From contig OZ024750.1 of NCBI GenBank assembly GCA_964016885.1, forward strand, positions 6,076,001 through 6,140,000: a stretch of DNA of 64,000 nt. The letters are read 5' to 3'. This document shows, in pieces, positions 56,219-64,000 of the stretch. Source of the stretch: Eledone cirrhosa (taxonomy: Eukaryota). Every line of letters starts with the position of its first letter. Positions within the stretch are counted from its first letter, which is position 1. The position numbers and the translations under genes are program-made. The notes beneath the pieces were generated by a model. That model did no database searches, was not told the origin of the DNA, and saw only the letters and a list, made by a program, of their open reading frames with translations.

Positions 56219-56977
56219 ATGTTAGTTTATAATAATGCATCACGAATCTATATGAAAAGTTCAAAGTCCAACCAAAGACGATTAAGGATATTCAGATGCT
56301 GAATCGAATATCCGTTACCATATCTTGCGTCATATGAAGGCTTGAACTCATTACTCTAACATTACAAAGCAATGTTTAGGAAATTATACATTGTTCAGTT
56401 CATGTTCATCCAAGCTTTGTATTATACTAATTCTGATTTTTATTAGTGGCTTGGCATATTGAGAAAACAACAGCGAAAGTCATCTTGAGTTTTATATTAC
56501 TGATAGTCAGGGAGAAAATACGCCCTGTCGATTCTATGTCTGATATGCCAACATTATATCGATTGGGCCAGTTTTGACGCCGGCAACCTATACTGAATTA
56601 CATTAAATACAACTACGATAGCTCAAAGTTGTTACTCGTCAGAATACAATATTCCATACATCTTCATTGCAAACCGTTGTTCATAACAAGAACAACGTTA
56701 CCAAAACAAGAACTACTACTACAACAATTTAATTACAAAACAAACATTGAATACACTAAAATGCGATCGGTATCACAGCTAGTGTATTTCTAAACCATAG
56801 AAACAAGAATAATGCAACATTGTACGGAAACTGCTGTCAGACTTATATGATATGCTAGCTTAGGGTCATTCGATATGTCAAGATTTACATTACACAGATG
56901 TCAGTTAGATTCTTTTTATGTCTTGCCAGACGTTATGATTCTATAGGATATACACTAGTATCTGGTTTATTATGTTC

Positions 56978-57098
56978 CAGTGGATTAGCAGTATCGGTAG
57001 AGCCTCGGACACCATGCTTTGCAGCATAGAGTTACGACCCTTTATGTTCTGATTTCAAATCCTGTGGATGTTTACTTTTCCTTTCATCGTTACTGGTA
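56978..57098 (+). mobile_element. SINE 5' part, 3'-deleted
   Basis: Head GTGGATTAGCAGTATCGGTAGAG. Confidence 0.8.
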
Positions 57099-57136
57099 CG
57101 CATACACACATACACACACGCACACACACACACACG

Positions 57137-57163
<27 letters not shown>

Positions 57164-57167
<4 letters not shown>

Positions 57168-57302
57168 TTAATATAGATGAGATTCTACAGGACTAGAACT
57201 GTTTCATTCTTTAGAAATCATCAGGAATCCTGATGATTTCTAAAGAATGAAACAGTTCTAGTCCTGTAGAATCTCATCTATATTAAAACTTTTATACTCT
57301 GC

Positions 57303-57304
<2 letters not shown>
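57164..57304 (+). mobile_element. Family B fold-back element, perfect 63 bp arms
   Basis: 57164-57226 and 57228-57290 are exact reverse complements; CTGATGA at 57230. Confidence 0.85.
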
Positions 57305-57330
<26 letters not shown>

Positions 57331-57334
<4 letters not shown>

Positions 57335-57728
57335 TACGGCCGGTAAAATTCCCGAGATCCATGGACGTGTTCTCTCCAGCGGTCTCTGTCCCTCATTATC
57401 ACTGAGACTTGGACACTGACCAAGAAACTCACTCAGATGGGTGTTACACGAGAATGCTGACGATGGCTCTGAATATTAATCAGTATACAGTGAGGAAGAA
57501 GAACTCAGAGCTGTACGGGAGCCTCCCAAAATGTCAGCTCAAGAGTAGCCCAGAGAAGACTGAGGTTAGCTGGACATGCTCACCGTCATCCAGAGTTGAC
57601 ACTGCACTCAGTGCTCCTGTGGGAACCCCTGCATGGACACGCTGGAAGAGGAAGACCGAGGTTAACATATGTTGATGTCCTAAGGACAGACACTGGTCTG
57701 TTGGAGATGCAGGACATGGCAGCGTTAA

Positions 57729-57731
<3 letters not shown>
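57331..57731. mobile_element. RTE-clade LINE RT C-terminal fragment with internal inversion
   Basis: Plus strand: DGCYTRMLTMALNI..NSELYGSLPK and RRLRLAGHAHRHPEL..VLLWEPLHGHAGRGRPRLTYVDVLRTDTGL. Minus 57331-57408: MRDRDRWREHVHGSREFYRP*. Confidence 0.85.
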
Positions 57732-57819
<88 letters not shown>

Positions 57820-57844
57820 GGTCTCGGTGAGACTTTAATACCTT

Positions 57845-57910
57845 TATTAAAAGGGTGGTGCCCCAGCATAGTCTCAGCCAGACGGCTGGAACAAGTAAAA
57901 GAGTAAAAGA
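57845..57910 (+). mobile_element. 3' tail of another SINE family
   Basis: GGTGCCCCAGCATAG...GGAACAAGTAAAAGAGTAAAAGA; a diverged minus copy lies near 48780-48830. Confidence 0.5.
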
Positions 57911-58000
57911 ATATATATGTATATATATTATATTATATATAAATATAATATACATACATATGCAATATATATATATATACGTATATATATATATAGAAGT

Positions 58001-58040
58001 CCGAGCCGAAGATCCGCTAAAGTGAAACAATTGGTCTCGG
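58001..58040 (+). ncRNA. Minimal hammerhead-like motif (CCGAAGA core), family G
   Basis: CCGA-g-CCGAAGA-T-ccgctaaag-T-GAAAC-AATTG-GTC-TCGG; stem I CCGA/TCGG, stem II degenerate. Confidence 0.55.
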
Positions 58041-58989
58041 TATGGTGAACTAACTGTTGTACACATACATGTACACACGCACACGTACACACACACACAC
58101 GTACACACACGTACACACACTCACGTACACACTCACGTAGCCAATGCAGAAATGCATTAGTGATGGGTCGAAGGGATCCTGTATTTGATAGGTGAGATAG
58201 AAATCATAATAGGTGTCATCTTTATAGTTGTAGTTGCGTGCCTTCATTTATTGTTTTTCTTGTCTGTTTGACAAATAATACAAGTCTGAAATGTTATTCT
58301 TGGAGAAAGGCTACCACAATCTACCATTAAGCTATAACTTAGGTTTGATGACAATTTAAATAGTCGTATCATTATCCAGTCGTTTACATCTGTCGCAGAA
58401 CTGTATGGTTACTTAAATGTCAATTTTGTTGACTAACGCCACATGTCAACACCCTCTGATTGACAAGTTTTTAAATAGTGTTGTTTACTTGGGGAAAAGA
58501 CCTTTTAATAAAAACAATAGCAATTATGTTCTGCCACGTTCTCCCAGCTGCGTCTCGAATAATTATCGCTGAACTTCACATTTGAACAGTCTATGAATGT
58601 ATAGAAATGTTGAACGATATTAGATTGAAGGGGATTTAGAAATACCTGCTGCGACCGACCAATAGTTTGGAATAATTGTACGTACGAAATCTGCTATTAA
58701 AGTATCCATATTGTCTTATAGTCAATGACGACGTCAGAGTCTCTAATCAACTGGACGTTATAAATCTAAGCGAGAGGGGAGGGGAAAGGTACAATTGTAA
58801 GGGCAACGGGTAAATTATCTGGAATCATCTCATTGCGAATTTGCATGTTCTGCGTTCAAACAGTACCGAGATGTTTGTCTTTCAAAGTTTTGATATTGAT
58901 CATATAAGAAGCGATCAAATATTGGGTTTGATTTAATCGATTCTTACCGCCTAAATCATGTATGACCTTCAGCCAATTTTAGAAACGGT

Positions 58990-59105
58990 ATTTGACCGAA
59001 TCGGTAGAGCGTAAAATGACATGCACTGTTGTATTTTGTTCTGGTTCTCCATGTTCTGGGTTCAAATACTACTGATGTCAACTTTGCTTCCCACCCTTAG
59101 GGTGG
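58990..59105 (+). mobile_element. Old diverged SINE, main superfamily
   Basis: GAATCGGTAGAGCG...GGGTTCAAATAC...GTCAACTTTGC; a similar relic lies at 59988-60090. Confidence 0.55.
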
Positions 59106-59488
59106 TTTTCGGCTCGCATGTAAACCTTTTCAGTTTTTTATATTGGTTGTAAAATAAAAATTGAAAAAAGGTTACATGCACCTCTTGACCAGGATTGAAC
59201 CCAAGACCAGGATCTCCACCGTCTCTGGTACCTACCGCTAGCCCACAGAGACAACTACGAAAATCTTATGAAAATTCATACTTATAAACCTACTTTCAAA
59301 ATTTTCAAAACAAAGTGTTGTGGTGTCGTTCATGTCTTTCTTAATGGTATTGCTCCTACTTAAGGTCGACTTCTAAATCATTTGGGTGTTCCATAAACTA
59401 CATCCTCGTTTTGTTTCTCATCTATCTAGACTACATTTTAACCTGTAATCCATGTTTCATTTCTGTTGTACCTCATTTCTCTCTCTCG

Positions 59489-59538
<50 letters not shown>

Positions 59539-61089
59539 ATCTATCTATGTATATTGATATTATACGCAAATATATATGCATGCAGATATGATACATCAAA
59601 TAACATTGTAATTGACAATGTACACAGAAATTGAACGAATACTGCGTTACACTGTCTTATGTAATCAGTAACGTAATCTATGATACATTAAAAAAAGACG
59701 ATATTATATATAAACTGCATTGGGAGAAAATTAGTGACAGAAATATATGAATGTTTATTTAAACGATCGCTAACCGGAAGTGTTGACGAACATTTTAAAG
59801 AAGTGAATCTTAAAATAAGCAACAATATTATTTATATTTAATCAAGAATAACGAAATTTAGTAGATAAATTATGTAATATTCATTCATTATTTATTCAAA
59901 GTAATCCAACACATTTTACAAACGGTATAAAAAATATATTCTGGACGCAGTCCAGCACTCCTTATTTTATTATAGTTTAGAGTATGAATTTGGTGGACAG
60001 CCAAATCTGTAGAGCGTCGGACATAACTTCCTACGTACTTTAATACGTTTCTTAATAAAGAGATCAATTCCTATGGGGATCAGTTTTGCTTCAAATCTTT
60101 ATAATCTTTATAAAGTGTTATGGCGCTTGAAGATATATATGGCATATACTCTTATTCCATTCTGTAAATGTTTGGCCGTTTGGCTGTGTAGGAAATCATT
60201 ATGATAACTGAAGAACCAGAAAATATTTAAAGGGTGTATATATTTTAGAGTATTTAGTTTAGTATTTCACATTTCTGCTTCCATGTAACACAACAGCGAA
60301 TGGCATGTTTGTTGTAATAAATATATTGCATATTTGATGCATGGTTGATAACAAAAGCAACGAATGGTCAAAGTTTAACTATTTCACATCCTCCTGAAAT
60401 ACAAAGTATCTGCACGTTTTAACCAAAAGAAACTATTGTATAATAATAATAATAATATAAAAAAGTCAACTTTCAATGGAAACGTGGCTACTATATATAC
60501 ATAATACTGAGCTGCGTAACCAATCAATTTTCATGCGTATATTCGGTGTACTAAAATGCGAACAATTCTGAATTGAACGACATTAGAACATAATGGGTCG
60601 ACGAAGGCTTAGATTATCTATAGTATTGTCATTTTTGTTGCAAATTCCATCACAGAATTCTAACAAAGTGTCGGAAATTGAATTGGTTCTATGACTTTAA
60701 GCAGAAATTGCTTCCACTTTTCAATGTTGTTTGTTTTCTATTTTTTTTTCCTTTTCAATCAATTAAGCTGCAAATAATCCATATGTATAACCAGACATCC
60801 ACCTACATAGAGATTCATGGAGATTCATGGAGATACATGGAAATACATGTAGGAATGTGTGTATGAGCATATGAAAGAAAATGTTACCGAACACAACCGC
60901 ATACACGTAAATGCATACTGATACATAAAGAGACGTATACATGCAATGCATATATGTATGTATAAGTATGTATGTATAAGTATGTATGTATGTATGTATG
61001 TGTGTGTGTATGTATATATGTGTATGCATGTCTGTATGTATGTGGCCATGCGTGATTTTGTATGTGTCTGTGAGTGAATATATATATAT

Positions 61090-61152
61090 GATATATATTT
61101 ATCCTTATCGAGTCCTCTTTGGATTTTAGTCTTCAAATTTATTATTATTACT
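61090..61152. mobile_element. Family D end Y fragment
   Basis: GATATATATTTATCCTTATCGAGTCCTCTTTGGATTTTAGTCTTCAAATTTATT, nearly identical to 11597-11655. Confidence 0.7.
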
Positions 61153-61346
61153 ATATATATATATATATATGTATATATATAAGTATGCATATGTATACAT
61201 GTATAAGTATATATATGTATACATGTATAAGTATATATATGTATACATGTATAAGTATATATATATATACTTATACATGTATACATATATATACTTATAC
61301 ATGTATATATATATATATATTTATACATGTATACATATATATACTT

Positions 61347-61407
<61 letters not shown>

Positions 61408-61653
61408 TATATGTATATATGTATGTATATATACATGTGTGTGTATGTGGCTGTGTGAATTATAATGTTCCAGAAAGTACTTAACACTATTAAGTAATTA
61501 AGGAGAGAGGAATAACTGTAAAATCTAATTCACTGCGAGGTATTTTTTCTGTTATTCTCGTTCCAGATCATCTTTTACATTCACATATATTTATCATGAT
61601 ATGTATATATATCATATATATACATATATACATTACATATGTATTATCTATCC

Positions 61654-61701
<48 letters not shown>

Positions 61702-61792
61702 CTCTCTATATATATACATTATACGTATTATCTATATATATATATATATACACATTATATGTATATATATATATACATATATATAAATATAT

Positions 61793-61865
<73 letters not shown>

Positions 61866-62185
61866 GGTAGAAGTTATATTTTAATTTGTTGGGATATAAC
61901 AAGAAAATGTTTTTATAACTGATATAAAGCACTCAACAAATTTTTGGAGTAAAAATACAATATATTAACAAATGGAAACTATATTTATAAAACCATATTT
62001 CCACTATCCGGGAGCTTCCAACCGACATGGTCGCATTATTTAAGGGTATGTCAATATTTGCTTATAAAACTGATCTATATTATATTTTATCTGATGAAAG
62101 CGCACCATAATTTGCTTTGGTGTCCTTGAAATATGTATAATGAAATAAATATGGTTTTATAAATATAGTTTCCATTTGTTAATAT

Positions 62186-62267
<82 letters not shown>

Positions 62268-64000
62268 TATATATATATAAATATATATATATATCTTTGT
62301 GTGTGTGTATGCATATATATGTAAATATGTGTGTGTGAGTCTGTATGCATGCTTTATTTTGTAAATCTTATTTCATATACACTCATTTGGCCACAGAAAT
62401 TCCTCTACATATTAATATGCAGAAATTATTTTATTTTCTCTTTTTATAAACTTGTAGAAATGACTGCTTGTCTCTGTCTCAATTGTTAGATGGCGCAAGA
62501 GCGTCTGCTTGTTAACAACTGATGGTGTAAACTACTCATCACGTTTTAATATCTTGTTATAAACTTTGTAAAATTCAAGAGCAAACGTTCGGTCATTGCC
62601 CTATGGACAGAAATGCGTCTTGAACTTCTAACATGAATTTCAAAGGTAGAACTAATATTTTGGTTCTAACATAACCTCCACCGTCATATTTGTAGTAATA
62701 AAAACGAATTCTTTGACTAATCATATTCCTCTAGGTCAAAATATGACAAGCCAATTTGAAATGTCTGACATAAAGACGGCAGAAGAACGAAGGAGAAGAA
62801 ATTCATGGGAAATCAAATGTTGAAATCCGATAGTTGCATTTATCACTGAGGCGCCAACTAAACATCATACAAGAAAAGAAGAATTCTTACTTTTGATCAC
62901 TTGGGAGTTAATACAATGTCTTCATTTTCATCTTAGATTTAAAGAAGCAACAGAAAACAAACTTTATGAGGAACGACAGTAAAATGGAAAGCGCAATTTC
63001 TGTATTATTAACATGCATCACATCCGTGCGTTTGGAATTGTATTGTTTGAGTCTTAGTTGTTAATCATGGATATAAAATATACGCACGCACATGAACACA
63101 CACTTACACACACACACACACACACACACACGCGCGCACACGCACACACACACACACACATACACACACACACACTCATACACACATACACACACACACA
63201 CTTACAGACACACACATACTCATACACACACACACACACACATACACATACGCATACACATACACGTACATATACATGTTGGATGGTAATTATACCTATA
63301 TTTTCATTAACGTATCGATAATTATTTGTTAAGAAATATAATTATGCAATATTATGTGGTTGATCATGTAGTTTATATCAGCTTAATACACACCTGATGA
63401 TGTCACCTTATTGCCACTTAGGTTACATCTCCGCACCAAAATTATGAACGGATATTCAAATATTTTCCGTAGATATATTCAACTACACAATTATAAACGA
63501 TAACATATGTTGAAACATTTTTACATTTATATTTTATATATACTTAAGCCTAGGATTACAAAAACATTCTCCATTTCCACAGACACTAATAGAATTATTA
63601 ATATATTAATATTATATTTTCTAATATTTTTTCTTACATAATGTATCGATAATTTATTGAAAGCCATTTCATTGAAAATGTATATATTTGTAAAATGAGA
63701 GATTACTAAAAGAAACAAATGCAATATTTACTTTTAATTATGTTACGGAATTAGAAAATAGGTTTATACTCTAAATAAATGTTTATAGCCAATAAATTTG
63801 ATACTATAGATGTCTGGGTGCTTAACACTTATGAGGTTATAAATAAATGTGTCAAATCACTCTAACAAGAATAAAAGAAGCAACGAATATCCCCAAAGTA
63901 ATCGACACAGGTAAGTCATCTCACGTTTGTCCACCTATAAAATGTTGATTCTGCTTTCATTCATCGGTTTGAGATGTGAGACTATGTTTGGGAATAGTTT

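Noticed and set aside
59773-59782. ETS-type CCGGAAGTG motif as a promoter
   Set aside because: Single short motif with no associated gene start.
62091-63420. Isolated CTGATGA at 62091 and 63395 (also ~16507)
   Set aside because: No correctly placed GAAA and NUH with paired stems; a 7-mer is expected by chance in 64 kb.

Overview
Animal (eukaryotic) genomic DNA, very AT-rich and dominated by (TA)n, (CA)n and (GA)n microsatellites. The tRNA-derived SINEs look like those of octopod cephalopods (inference from recalled repeat sequences). The window reads as intronic or intergenic. Nearly all ORFs in the supplied track are microsatellite artefacts. Only one non-repetitive ORF (19483-20049, minus strand) looks like real or recently decayed coding sequence. 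Recognisable content: about 20 copies of one tRNA-SINE family, many with 15-18 bp TSDs; RTE-clade and L1/Tx1-like LINE fragments; a Tc1/mariner-type MITE; and a probable fossil Mutator transposase. The most striking signal is that at least eight unrelated families of short (100-500 bp) elements lie in or beside (TA)n tracts. They carry minimal type-I hammerhead ribozyme (HHR) motifs (CUGANGA or CCGANGA ... GAAA, tiny and often palindromic stem III, NUH). They occur repeatedly as near-perfect fold-back palindromes whose apex lies at or next to the ribozyme. Decayed Penelope-like (PLE) RT and GIY-YIG fragments lie nearby. The best reading is a TA-targeted population of PLE pseudo-LTR or retrozyme-like elements with non-canonical HHR cores. 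All structures were folded by eye and no searches were run.
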